From positions 6,514-70,513 of the IMG/VR virus record IMGVR_UViG_3300044842_000287: a stretch of 64,000 nt of DNA; one strand, written 5' to 3'. The translations under genes and the position numbers were made by a program. Within the stretch, counting starts at the first letter, position 1; each line of letters begins with the position of its first letter. The notes beneath the pieces are model-generated. The model had not been told where the DNA came from, made no database searches, and was given only the letters and a program-made list of their open reading frames with translations. This DNA comes from a virus (taxonomy: Duplodnaviria; Caudoviricetes). This document shows, piece after piece, positions 8,991-19,096 of this stretch.

Positions 8991-11333
8991 TCACTGGGGA
9001 TAGGTTTTACCCAGCAACAGGGTTTGAATGCTACGCGACAGCGGTTCTGTGCGGTCATCGTCCGTCATGGTCAAGCCCAACAGCTCCGTGATCAAGACCA
9101 CTTGGTTAAGCGGGATCTTGGTCGGCGGGGTGTACGTGCCTGGCGGGTTATACGGGTCTTCGATCTGACCGATTTGGTCCGGCGTCAAACCGAGGAAATA
9201 CTCAATCCCCACAAACGAAATCCAGCCACGCGGAATCACCACGCCTTTTGGATCAGGGCTGGTGATGCCGATGTTGGCCACAGGTGCATCGAACAGGTAC
9301 GTGGTGGGATGGGGTAGCAAATCCCCATCCATCCCGACATCAATTTCAACACGGTGCGTGCCGTATTGCGTCACGTTGGGTTCGACCGGTGGCGAGTCGG
9401 TGGGGAACTCGAACACCATCGACATCGATTCGCGGACATCGGTGATTTCCAACGCCCCGTCGGGATTTTGCGGATGGGATTGGAGTTGGATGCCCACATC
9501 CCCCACCCGTACCGCGGGCCAGTCTGTCTTGCGGATATTGGCGTCGTTGATCTCGGGGATGATCTGGATGCCGTACGAGCTGAGCTGGGTGAACATATTC
9601 ACCATCGCCCGTTGCAAATCCTTCAGTGACGATTCTGGATGCAGACTCGCCCCAGTCGCTTGCGCCACAATTTCATCAAACAGCAACACATGTTCAGCCC
9701 GCGACAAATCCGACAAGTCGATATTGCGCGCGGATAGCCAAGTGCTGTACAACGTGCCGGGTGGTTCCAGCTCGATCACAGTGTCCATGTAAATCCGGTC
9801 CACCATGTTCAACACTTGCGCACGGCGCTCATAATGTTGTTGTCGAGCAATCAAGCGGCGCTGGAATTGCACGTTATCATTGATCGCGATCCCCAAGTCA
9901 TAAAACGCGTCGATTGAGATCAAAGGTTTGATGACGGGTTGTGACCACAATGCATCCACTGCCACTTGACGTTCCACCAGCTTATGGTCCACCACCGCGT
10001 AGATGTCATCCACCGTCGGTGTCGGGATCGGTTGCACCCGGCTGGCATAAGTGAGCGGCACTTCCACCAAGGTTTCGTTCAGCGTCTTGGAGAAAACATA
10101 AAGCGCCAAGACGAACGCCTCTTTGGCCGTGAGCGGAATCTTCTCGTTGGTCTTGGGGTTGGTGATGTTGACGTACGCGGTGTATACCCCAATCGAACTC
10201 AGGTAGAGCCAGTGATTAAACAAGATCTCACTGAGAATCCACGGCGAACTGTTGGTCTCATCCACCACCGACGATTCAAGCACCTTGGTGGCCACCACGT
10301 TCGAGGGTGAATTCTCCATCAAGGTCGTGGTATTGATCGTGACATCTTCAACGTCCAAGGTGTTGCCAGGCGCCAATGGCGCTTCCTTGATCAGCATCTG
10401 TTCGACACTGATCCGATTATTTTCCGGCAACACAATACCGAGGTTCAGCTGGCGTTTGCGAAACACCACTTCGGGATACAGCGTCTCGGTTTGGTTCTGG
10501 ACATCATGCTTCATCGTGTACTCTGCCAGCGGCAAAGTCCGTTTGGTCATGATATGCTCGGTTAACGAGTCGAAGGTGTCATTTCTGCCGGCGTGGTGTT
10601 CGATGTACGCAATATTCCGGTAGAAGTACAGCGCCTGCTCCAACGTCATCTGGTCCACATAGGCATCCAAATACCCATGGCTGGCCAAGTATTCCTTGAC
10701 GTGGAAACTGTGGGCTTCGTTTGTATTACACGCTGCGGTCCGGTAAGTCAGAATGGCTTGCACCAACAGGGCATACATTTCCCCCAACATCGTGGCGTGG
10801 TACAGTTCATCGACATAATCGAATCCCGGCACATGCCAGCGCTGTTTAAAGTGGTACACCCATTTCTGGAGCTTGTCGATCAAGCTGTATTCATTCTCTT
10901 CCACTAAGCCCGGTGGATACGACAGGATCTGACCGTCGCGCGCGTTAACCGCGAGGTTGATATCGGTGGGATACAAAATCCCGAGAATGAGCTGTTCTTG
11001 ACCGCGATAGCGCTGGACCAAGCGCGAATACTGATCGGTGCCATATTGGTAGGCCCGTTTCGTCGCGCGGTGGATTTCCAGATTGGCTTTATTGAATACG
11101 ATCTCTTCCAGGGTATCCAGCGATGTGACCGTCATCACTTGGTCGATGCTATGGTACTCGCCTGCAAGATTGAGATAATACTTCCACGTGGTAGGATCGG
11201 GATCAACCGCGGTTCCACCAGGCCCTGCCACCCACGCATTAAGCGCTTGTGCTGTATAAGACGATTTGATGACGATCGTCTCTGCCAGCTGCAGGGTTTT
11301 ATTGATATAAATCTGATAGTTATTTGAACTCAC
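8991..11333 (-). CDS. Putative virion structural/baseplate protein (phiKZ-like core)
   Basis: 780 aa, divergent from portal; N-terminal WKYYLNLAGEYH typical of the phiKZ-like portal-neighbouring gene. Confidence 0.6.
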   Translation of the reverse strand: MSSNNYQIYINKTLQLAETIVIKSSYTAQALNAWVAGPGGTAVDPDPTTWKYYLNLAGEYHSIDQVMTVTSLDTLEEIVFNKANLEIHRATKRAYQYGTDQYSRLVQRYRGQEQLILGILYPTDINLAVNARDGQILSYPPGLVEENEYSLIDKLQKWVYHFKQRWHVPGFDYVDELYHATMLGEMYALLVQAILTYRTAACNTNEAHSFHVKEYLASHGYLDAYVDQMTLEQALYFYRNIAYIEHHAGRNDTFDSLTEHIMTKRTLPLAEYTMKHDVQNQTETLYPEVVFRKRQLNLGIVLPENNRISVEQMLIKEAPLAPGNTLDVEDVTINTTTLMENSPSNVVATKVLESSVVDETNSSPWILSEILFNHWLYLSSIGVYTAYVNITNPKTNEKIPLTAKEAFVLALYVFSKTLNETLVEVPLTYASRVQPIPTPTVDDIYAVVDHKLVERQVAVDALWSQPVIKPLISIDAFYDLGIAINDNVQFQRRLIARQQHYERRAQVLNMVDRIYMDTVIELEPPGTLYSTWLSARNIDLSDLSRAEHVLLFDEIVAQATGASLHPESSLKDLQRAMVNMFTQLSSYGIQIIPEINDANIRKTDWPAVRVGDVGIQLQSHPQNPDGALEITDVRESMSMVFEFPTDSPPVEPNVTQYGTHRVEIDVGMDGDLLPHPTTYLFDAPVANIGITSPDPKGVVIPRGWISFVGIEYFLGLTPDQIGQIEDPYNPPGTYTPPTKIPLNQVVLITELLGLTMTDDDRTEPLSRSIQTLLLGKTYPQ

Positions 11334-11366
11334 GACTATCCCTAAGAAACTGAAAAGAGGTTAGTT

Positions 11367-14300
11367 ATGTCTACGCAAACTGGGGACCAATTGAATCCTC
11401 TCCAAATGCACAATTCGGGTGCTCGGGTTCCGGCCATCCGACTGGTGAAAGAAAACCCCAAAGCAGCCGCCTTAATGAGTAAGCTGGTCCAAGACCAGCG
11501 TGTGCAGCGCACCACGGATGCCATGCACGAACAAGGCACCGGGGTCAATCTGGCAGGGATGCGTTCGATCGCCCACGAGGGCATGCAAAACGTCAATGAC
11601 CACGAAACCATCCGGCAGCTGCTGTCCGAAACGGAACTGGCAGCAGCGATTCTGGTCTCGGTGATTCTGTCCCCGAAAGACATGGTGGGTGTCGAAGTCA
11701 GCTATAAATCCGAGCTGTCACACTGGCGTTTACCCCACGACGTGGTGGGGACGATGACCAATGCGGTCCGCACTTACCTGGACGAAGTCTATAAAATAAA
11801 GCCGCGGCTGCCTGAGATGCTGGAAGACATTTTGTTCCGGCGCGGTAGCTACCCGGTGGTGGTGTTGCCAGAAAACGCGGTGGATGATCTGATCCACGGC
11901 AACGGCAGCGTCTCGCTGGAAAGCTTGAAGGCGGTGCTGCAGCCGAATGGTCAGATCCAATCGCTGGGTTTGCTCGGTCCGAACGATAAGCAGAAAGCCC
12001 AGATGGATCAGGCCCAAGGGTCACGTCGTTATGCCCAAGGCATCGGCTTGGCGTTGGAGCACATGCTCACCCACAAAGCTAACCCTGACTGGGACACCAA
12101 CATCCGCTTCAGTTTCGAAGCCCAAGGGACGGAACCGGCGCTGGAATTGAATCCGCTGGTCAGTGTGACAGACAATATTGGTATTTTGAAAATGCCGATG
12201 GTCAGCGAAAAGATCCGTGCCAACAAGATGAAAGATCTGGTGGGTCGTTCGCGTTCGCTCTCGTCCGAATCGATTTCCAAGCGGGTGGCCAATCCAGTCG
12301 ACGCGATCGCCAGTGGTAACTGGGTGCAAGCCAGGACTTACCACAAACCCAACACTCAGCATGTGGTGGTCAAGGAAATCAAGACGCAAGAAAAGCTCAA
12401 GCGTCGGTCGGTCGGCATGCCGCTCGAAATCCACTGCCCATCAGAAGCCGTGATCCCGGTTCACGTACCGAACCAGCCAAGCAAACAGATTGGTTTCTTC
12501 CTCCTGCTCGACGCGGAAGGCAATCCGATCAATCGCGGCATGGGGGTGAACCATTATCGCCAACTCGGCGCGAGTTTGCAAAACAACAGCTTCTCGTCGT
12601 CGATGATCCAGCGCGCTGGCCTGGCCATGGGGGACAACTCCACCCTGTACCACCAAGGCAACAACTACGCCACGGCAGCCCAGTTGTACGGTAGCATGAT
12701 GGACCGTGAACTCAAGCAGCGCATGCAAAACGGACTGGTGGGTAAGAACGTGTCGATCGCGGGTCACGAAGAAGTCTACAACCTGATGCTGGCGCGCACC
12801 ATGGCGAACCAGTACACCCAGTTGTTGTTCGTGCCCGTCGAGTACATGACCTACATGGCGTTCGATTACAACCCGAACGGGATCGGCCGCAGTCTCTTGG
12901 AAAACACCAAGATCATCGACTCGATGCAAGCCAACCTGTTGGTCGGCACTGTGATGGGGGCGCTGCGCAACGCGATCGGTCGCACCCACGTCGAACTCAA
13001 ACTCGATGAACATGCACCCGATCCATGGAAGGTGATCGAACAAGCCATCGGCGAGATGCAGCGTGTCAACAGTAACAGCTTCCCGCTGGGTACGATCGAC
13101 CCGCTCGACATCAAAGACGGTTTGCAGCGCAGCGCGTTCGAATTTACTTTCACCGGCCACCCGAAGTTGCCGGACATGGAAGTGAACTTCTCCGAGAAGA
13201 ATTCGAACTACCAACCGCCTGATCCCAAGTTGTTGGAGGACCTGCGCAAGCGGCGCTTGATGGCGTTCTGGTTGACGCCGGAACAAGTCGATGCAGCAGT
13301 GGGTGCTGACTTCGCGGCATCGGTCGTGAACAACTCGACACTGCTGTCCAAACGGGCAATGATGCTGCAACAGAAATTCACCCCGCAAGTCTCGGCGCAC
13401 ATCCGTAAGCACATCATCAACAGTGGCGACTTGGTCGATGAACTCATCGATATCATCACGATGAACTTCAAAGCGATCCTCGACGACTACGAAGACGACG
13501 AAGAGCTGGAGATGTTCAACGGTACGGTGGTCACCAAGAAAGAGCTGGAAGATGATCCGCTGGCCAAAGGTGAGTTCGTGCGTGAACTGATCGAAGACTT
13601 CGTCGGTGGTTTCATGTTGATGCTGCCGGAGCCGGATACCACGAAAGTGGAGAATCTGGGTAAACTCTACGCCGAGCAAGAGCAGCTGGTCGAGTCGGCC
13701 ATCAAGGCATGGATCTCGCCGGACATGATGGACGCAGCGGTGGTGGGTGAAGAAGTGGCGGGTCATGTCGGTATCGTGGCAGCGCAGCTCAAAGCGTATA
13801 TGCTGCGTGACTGGCAAATCAAGAACGGCCTGTTGCCGGAACTGGCTGCACTCACGGCGCGTGACGAAGACGGCGAAGTCGACATGGACATCGCTGAAAT
13901 CCAATCGACGCACAATGCCGCCATCATGGACATCATCGAAACTCTGCTCGTGGCCAATAAGAAGGCCAAGGAGAAAATCGCCAAAGCACTGGAGAAAGCC
14001 GGTGTGGCTGAAGGCTCGAATACCAGCTTCGGTAGCGGTTCTTCGTCGGGTGGTTTCGGTAGCGACAGCGGCTTTGGTGGCTCCGATAGCTTCGGTGGTG
14101 GCGGTGATAGCTTCGGCATGGGGGGTAGCGGCAGCGACGACTTCAACTTTGACATGGGGACGGGCAACGACACCCTGAATCAAGACGGCAGCGACACCGT
14201 GGAAGGTGGTAACGACACGATCGATGGCGGCAATGATACAGTGGACGGTGGCGACGGTAACGATACGGTAGCGGGCAGTGGCGAGAATCAAGATGCCACG

Positions 14301-14468
14301 ATCACTACGGGCGATACCACTCCTCCTGAAGAGGAAGAAGAAACGCCGGCCACGCCGGTGCCTGACGATGGCGGTGAGTCGAATGACGACGCTTCCAAAT
14401 CCGATGACCAAGACAAAACGGTGAAATCGGATCAGGAAGATAAAACTGACGACGATACGACCTCGTAA
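11367..14468 (+). CDS. Portal protein (phiKZ-like) with acidic Gly/Asp-rich C-terminal tail
   Basis: 1033 aa on the strand opposite the block, as in phiKZ-like synteny. ILVSVILSPKD and GSYPVVVLPENAVDDLI motifs; S-x-E protease-type sites (VSLESL); portal-like acidic tail. Confidence 0.7.
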   Translation: MSTQTGDQLNPLQMHNSGARVPAIRLVKENPKAAALMSKLVQDQRVQRTTDAMHEQGTGVNLAGMRSIAHEGMQNVNDHETIRQLLSETELAAAILVSVILSPKDMVGVEVSYKSELSHWRLPHDVVGTMTNAVRTYLDEVYKIKPRLPEMLEDILFRRGSYPVVVLPENAVDDLIHGNGSVSLESLKAVLQPNGQIQSLGLLGPNDKQKAQMDQAQGSRRYAQGIGLALEHMLTHKANPDWDTNIRFSFEAQGTEPALELNPLVSVTDNIGILKMPMVSEKIRANKMKDLVGRSRSLSSESISKRVANPVDAIASGNWVQARTYHKPNTQHVVVKEIKTQEKLKRRSVGMPLEIHCPSEAVIPVHVPNQPSKQIGFFLLLDAEGNPINRGMGVNHYRQLGASLQNNSFSSSMIQRAGLAMGDNSTLYHQGNNYATAAQLYGSMMDRELKQRMQNGLVGKNVSIAGHEEVYNLMLARTMANQYTQLLFVPVEYMTYMAFDYNPNGIGRSLLENTKIIDSMQANLLVGTVMGALRNAIGRTHVELKLDEHAPDPWKVIEQAIGEMQRVNSNSFPLGTIDPLDIKDGLQRSAFEFTFTGHPKLPDMEVNFSEKNSNYQPPDPKLLEDLRKRRLMAFWLTPEQVDAAVGADFAASVVNNSTLLSKRAMMLQQKFTPQVSAHIRKHIINSGDLVDELIDIITMNFKAILDDYEDDEELEMFNGTVVTKKELEDDPLAKGEFVRELIEDFVGGFMLMLPEPDTTKVENLGKLYAEQEQLVESAIKAWISPDMMDAAVVGEEVAGHVGIVAAQLKAYMLRDWQIKNGLLPELAALTARDEDGEVDMDIAEIQSTHNAAIMDIIETLLVANKKAKEKIAKALEKAGVAEGSNTSFGSGSSSGGFGSDSGFGGSDSFGGGGDSFGMGGSGSDDFNFDMGTGNDTLNQDGSDTVEGGNDTIDGGNDTVDGGDGNDTVAGSGENQDATITTGDTTPPEEEEETPATPVPDDGGESNDDASKSDDQDKTVKSDQEDKTDDDTTS

Positions 14469-14494
14469 AGCAAAAAAAAAGAAAGACGCATAAG

Positions 14495-14524
14495 GCCCCT
14501 CCTACCCGCAAGGGTAGGAGGGGC
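14495..14524. terminator. Bidirectional hairpin between convergent genes
   Basis: GCCCCTCCTACCC-GCAA-GGGTAGGAGGGGC; A-tract on the left; CATA/TATG flanks. Confidence 0.8.
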
Positions 14525-14532
14525 TATGTCCG

Positions 14533-14796
14533 TCAGTTGACAGAATCGGAGCGATGTCCGATCACGAAGCTATCGGTGGGCGACTTCGGATGGGTGGTAA
14601 ACAAATCACCGGTGGTGGCATTGTAAACCTCGTTGTCAACGTAATTGAGATGTTGGTCACCCGCAATCACGGTCAACTTACGCACACCCATTTTCAGAAA
14701 CTCAGTGGCGATGGCTTTCGCCACTTCCGATTCCTTTTCCGGATCAGCCGATTTCACCATGATCCGTACTTGATACTGCGCAATCTTGTCAGCCAT
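14533..14796 (-). CDS. Hypothetical protein
   Basis: 87 aa ORF, 2 nt from the upstream gene. Confidence 0.6.
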   Translation of the reverse strand: MADKIAQYQVRIMVKSADPEKESEVAKAIATEFLKMGVRKLTVIAGDQHLNYVDNEVYNATTGDLFTTHPKSPTDSFVIGHRSDSVN

Positions 14797-14798
14797 AT

Positions 14799-15125
14799 TT
14801 ACTCATCCCACAATGGTTCGATGATCGCAGGTTCCACCTGCCCCACGTCATCATCCAGCTCTTGATTCTGCAAGATGGCGAGCATCGCAGCAGGGGAAGC
14901 CACCGTCACGTGCGCAATCATGGCATTCACTTCCGCGCGTGGGTAGTTCACGTTGTAAAGCGGTTCACCCGTATGAGGATCGAATGCCATCACATCCAGC
15001 TTCAATCCTGCACTCATGCCCGCTTCAATGCCAGCCATTAAGAACTGGCTCAACGCCGCCGCGTCGCTGGGTTTACAATGCTCATTCAAGGCGAGCACCT
15101 GAATGTCGACCTGGACTTCACCCAT
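14799..15125 (-). CDS. Hypothetical protein
   Basis: 108 aa ORF; SD AAGGAG. Confidence 0.6.
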   Translation of the reverse strand: MGEVQVDIQVLALNEHCKPSDAAALSQFLMAGIEAGMSAGLKLDVMAFDPHTGEPLYNVNYPRAEVNAMIAHVTVASPAAMLAILQNQELDDDVGQVEPAIIEPLWDE

Positions 15126-15204
15126 GTGATCTCCTTAAATAGATGTGGAAAAAAATCAGGGGACGGCGTGAGCCGAACCCCTGACAAACACCACGCTTTG
15201 AAAC

Positions 15205-17136
15205 TTACTTGACCAGATGCATCATGTACGTGTCGTCGATCAGCTCGCCTTTGTTGATCTCGATGACACGGCCATCTTTGGTCACGACGTATTGACGGTC
15301 GATGATCAGATCGTCGAGCTTGGCTTCGAACAGCGACACGGCCAGGTCGTACAGCACTTGGCTGTGGGTCTTGGTGATCACGCTGGCCAGGTCCGGCTCC
15401 AGCGTTTGGATCATCAGGTCGTGCGAAATCACGTTGAGGAACGTGATCCGTACGGTCGGCCCGTAGAAGGTGAATGCCGGCAGATCCTCACGCCCTTCCC
15501 AGCTATTGGTGAGGCGGCCGCTGACCAGATCATTGTGCAGTGCTTGGCCCGATTCCTTGGACAGATCCGGTGCACTGAACATCGCCGCGATGCGCTGGGC
15601 TTGATCATGGGTGAAGGCGCGGTACATGCGATCGCCCAGGTCCCCGTAGTTCTTCTTCAGGTTGGTGAGCAGCTGTTCGAGATCGGTCGCGAAATCTTCG
15701 ACTTCCATCTCGTCGCGCTTGATCGTCATGCGGTGCCGCAACAGGTCGTTCATCAGGTTGGTCAGCTTGAGGCTGATGTCGGTGATGATCGCTGGCGATG
15801 CCGTGCCACTGGCGGCGTTGAGCTTTTCACGCAGTTCCAGATACGTGCTGCTGTCACCCAGCTTATCGATCAGCTCGTACTCAGTCTTTTCACCCATGAT
15901 GCCGGTGAAGATCTGCGCGTATGCCTGGAACACCATCGGTGGGTTTTCACGGTCGATCTTGGCTTCCATCTCGGTACGCAGATCACGGATGGCTTCATCC
16001 AGCGATGCGGCCGACATGATTTCCCGCAGCCCGAAGTGTTCACCGATCCGCATACTGTCGTTGTCGACTTCTTGGGACTCCTCCAGCGCTTCGAGTGCCC
16101 CCTGTTTGATTTCGGTCGTGATCTGGGTGTTGTCTTTCACGACGTCCATGTGCATCGGCACGCGGCCGAACAGGGTAGCGATGTTGTGGCGATCGAAGTT
16201 GATGGGGTCCATATTGGTCTTGACAGGTTGGGAGTTGGTGCGGCCGTTGGCGTCGAGGACGTACATCATCTTGATCTTCGCCGGGTTGAACAACATCGGG
16301 GACACCAGCGGCGGTGGGTTCCACGGCGTGGTCTTCGGATCACGCAGATCTTCCGCCTTGACCTGCGGTTGACCCACCGGTGCAGCTTGAACCGGTTGCG
16401 GTGCCAGCGGCGCTTGCGGGACTGGCGGCGGCATCGTGCGTTGTACCGGTTGCGGTTGCGGAGGCGGCGCCATGACCGTCGGTGCACCACCACCGTAATC
16501 ACGACCACCGCCACCGGATGCACGGGGTGGCTGATACGCCGTTGCTTGTGGCGCGACGTATTGAGTCGACTGGCCCATGCCTTGGTAAGCCACTTGCTGT
16601 TGAACCGGTGGCGGCATGTACTGTTGCTGCGGCGCCATCATTTGCTGCGGTGGCGGCGGGGTTTGACCATTCCGCAGGGCCACGATACGCTGGATCTCTT
16701 GGCCGAATTGCGCGATCGCTTGATCGAACACGTACATGTCCTGCTGCGCGATGTAGCCCCGCAGCCCTTGGGCCAGCTGGACTTCGAACTTGCTGCGCAG
16801 GCCGTAATACGTTTGCACGTAGTTCGGGATGACCTGCGGGTTTTGGTTCGGACCGGCTTGCAGGAAGATGTAGTCAGCCAGATTAGCAATCTCGCCGGCG
16901 AATTCCTGGTTTTGCCAGTTGTTTTGGGCCATGCGGTTGTAGAAGTGCACCGTGATCGGACCTTGCGCATTGACCGTGACCATGTCCATGAAGATACCGG
17001 TGATCCACGGTACCAGCGGTTGCAGCCACGGCGCGCAGCGGATGTCGAACACGACCGGCGGGCGCAGCGGGTCGATTCGCATGGGTTGCACCGTGAACTG
17101 ATCCACGGGGAATTGAATTTGGTTGTTACCGTACAT
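15205..17136 (-). CDS. Conserved jumbo-phage protein with Pro/Gln-rich central linker
   Basis: 643 aa; strong codon bias; lies downstream of the RNAP subunit in the core block; function not recognised. Confidence 0.7.
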   Translation of the reverse strand: MYGNNQIQFPVDQFTVQPMRIDPLRPPVVFDIRCAPWLQPLVPWITGIFMDMVTVNAQGPITVHFYNRMAQNNWQNQEFAGEIANLADYIFLQAGPNQNPQVIPNYVQTYYGLRSKFEVQLAQGLRGYIAQQDMYVFDQAIAQFGQEIQRIVALRNGQTPPPPQQMMAPQQQYMPPPVQQQVAYQGMGQSTQYVAPQATAYQPPRASGGGGRDYGGGAPTVMAPPPQPQPVQRTMPPPVPQAPLAPQPVQAAPVGQPQVKAEDLRDPKTTPWNPPPLVSPMLFNPAKIKMMYVLDANGRTNSQPVKTNMDPINFDRHNIATLFGRVPMHMDVVKDNTQITTEIKQGALEALEESQEVDNDSMRIGEHFGLREIMSAASLDEAIRDLRTEMEAKIDRENPPMVFQAYAQIFTGIMGEKTEYELIDKLGDSSTYLELREKLNAASGTASPAIITDISLKLTNLMNDLLRHRMTIKRDEMEVEDFATDLEQLLTNLKKNYGDLGDRMYRAFTHDQAQRIAAMFSAPDLSKESGQALHNDLVSGRLTNSWEGREDLPAFTFYGPTVRITFLNVISHDLMIQTLEPDLASVITKTHSQVLYDLAVSLFEAKLDDLIIDRQYVVTKDGRVIEINKGELIDDTYMMHLVK

Positions 17137-17165
17137 GGTGTTGTTCCTTTGTTGTTGTGGTTGGT

Positions 17166-17330
17166 TTACTGCTTATGTTTGACGGTGACCTGGGGTGACT
17201 TCTCGTACAACGGACTTTTGAAATGCTCGAAAGGCCGTGCGCCGTAGTTGAGTGGATCATAGATCCCCAGTTGCAACTTTCGCCTCAGCTGGTCTTTGGG
17301 GGAAGGTTCGATCTTCTTCTCTTGACTCAT
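17166..17330 (-). CDS. Small hypothetical protein (54 aa, below ORF-track cutoff)
   Basis: Manual translation MSQEKKIEPSPKDQLRRKLQLGIYDPLNYGARPFEHFKSPLYEKSPQVTVKHKQ; SD AAAGGA plus leader motif. Confidence 0.55.
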   Translation of the reverse strand: MSQEKKIEPSPKDQLRRKLQLGIYDPLNYGARPFEHFKSPLYEKSPQVTVKHKQ

Positions 17331-17365
17331 GGTGATATCCTTTCTTGTTGGTTGTGAAGATGAAA

Positions 17366-19060
17366 TTACAGCTCGATCTTGCGCTGCGCGTCGTCGTAGA
17401 TGTCGACGAACTGCACGTGGCGCTGGATCACATTGTCCAAAGTCAAGCCCACGAAGGGATTGATCCGGAAGTGACCCGATGGTTGGGATTTGGGCAGGTT
17501 GGCGTAACCGCCGACTTCGACCACCGAGATGTGCAGTTGGTTGATCGGGTCCGACAGTTGCAGGCCACCCTTTTTGCGTCCGCTCTTGTTGGTGTGTTGC
17601 TGGGGTACGAGCAAGCTGGTGATCTTGAACACCTTGTTGTCGCCCGGATACGAGTTGGCTGACACAGCCCCGGACGATTTGTAGATGTGGAAGATCGCGC
17701 CCGTGCGGATCTTGTTACCAAACACATGGTTGAACTTGTCCACCGTGAGGTTGGTTTCTTCGCACAGCTTGAGCATATGGAACCCAAGTTCCATGATGTT
17801 CTTGCTGATTTCGAACAGCACGAACTGGAGGATATTCAGCTCTTTGTCGTACATCGACGAGAGTTTGCTGCGGTTTTCCAGCAGCAGCTTGTCGAAGTCC
17901 TGGATCATCAGCGCGAACAACTGGTACACGTTTACCACCGGATAGCCGATGTTCTTGAGCTGTTCTTTGACGATCGGGTCGATGTATTCGTCGAGCGAAC
18001 GCATGTGGCTTTCCATTTCCTTGAGCACTTTGCCTTCGGGTGAGCCTGGCGCCACCAGATGGCCGAGGATCAAGGTCCACATGCGACGTTCGTCAGCCAG
18101 TTTCCGTTCGTCTTGCCGCACCACGTAGTTTTGCAGATACGCCACACGGTCTGGGAACCGATCGGCGATGTAGTAAAACGCCCCGATCAGATTGTGCAAC
18201 ATCGTGTTGTCACGACCGCGCGGGATCGCGATGCGCAGTTTGGTGGGACGATACGTTTCTGCCCGCCGCCCATTCGGGTGACCCGTGGCTTCGCTACGCG
18301 CAGTGCGCGCGATATGCCACTGATCGGCCGGATACTTCTCGGTCGTGATGTTTTCTTCATCCCCGATCACCACGTCCACCCCAGCGAACTGCCGGAAGGT
18401 TTCGAGAACACCGTACTTGCAGAACAAGTAGTGGCCGAGGGTCGATTCCGCGATCACGCTGTCCGGATCATTCTTATCCCGCACCACTTTCTTTTGGTGA
18501 ATCTTCGACCACACCACGTGCGCCACGATGTCGGCGTTGTCTACTTTGAAGTGCTGACTGATGCGGTTGATGTTGAAGCGGGTCTTGATGAGGCGCACGA
18601 AGATGGTTTTCCGCATCACCGAAATCACTCGGTCCGCCAGCACAGGCGAAATGGTGTACAACGAATCACTGATCCGAATGAACCCGCCGTCTTCCACTGT
18701 TGGCAGATACAGATAACGCGGCTTGAGACGGATCGGCACGGAGGTGCCCGGTGGCGTGTACTCGAACAGATAACGCATCATGTACACGCCGGATTTGGCG
18801 ATGTCGAACTGCGACCGCTGACTGTTCTTGGACGACTTCTGGTTATGCCGTTTGGTGGCTTCCCGATATTCGTCCATTGGATTACAGCGCTCGCCGCGGA
18901 TGAACTTCAGGCCAGGCGGAAAAGTGTCCTTGATCGAATCGAACAACATGTTAATAAACATTTCCGACTTCGGAATTTCCGATACGGCAAACCCCTCAGC
19001 CACCTTCTTATTCAGAGGTGGAAAGTCGGCTTTGACGAATGACCGAAGGGATGGGTCCAT
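17366..19060 (-). CDS. Non-virion RNA polymerase beta-like subunit (phiKZ gp123-like, N-terminal beta)
   Basis: 564 aa; LYLPTVEDGGFIRISDSLYTISPVLADRVIS motif; position near the major capsid gene as in phiKZ-like phages. Confidence 0.75.
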   Translation of the reverse strand: MDPSLRSFVKADFPPLNKKVAEGFAVSEIPKSEMFINMLFDSIKDTFPPGLKFIRGERCNPMDEYREATKRHNQKSSKNSQRSQFDIAKSGVYMMRYLFEYTPPGTSVPIRLKPRYLYLPTVEDGGFIRISDSLYTISPVLADRVISVMRKTIFVRLIKTRFNINRISQHFKVDNADIVAHVVWSKIHQKKVVRDKNDPDSVIAESTLGHYLFCKYGVLETFRQFAGVDVVIGDEENITTEKYPADQWHIARTARSEATGHPNGRRAETYRPTKLRIAIPRGRDNTMLHNLIGAFYYIADRFPDRVAYLQNYVVRQDERKLADERRMWTLILGHLVAPGSPEGKVLKEMESHMRSLDEYIDPIVKEQLKNIGYPVVNVYQLFALMIQDFDKLLLENRSKLSSMYDKELNILQFVLFEISKNIMELGFHMLKLCEETNLTVDKFNHVFGNKIRTGAIFHIYKSSGAVSANSYPGDNKVFKITSLLVPQQHTNKSGRKKGGLQLSDPINQLHISVVEVGGYANLPKSQPSGHFRINPFVGLTLDNVIQRHVQFVDIYDDAQRKIEL

Positions 19061-19096
19061 GTACTGATGCTCCTTGGCTGTTTGGGTTTATAACAT

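Noticed and set aside
12441-14411. 656-aa minus-strand ORF
   Set aside because: Antisense shadow of the portal gene.
15217-17247. 676-aa plus-strand ORF
   Set aside because: Antisense shadow of 15205-17136; similar shadows occur at 46164-47495, 47721-48821 and 35047-36063.
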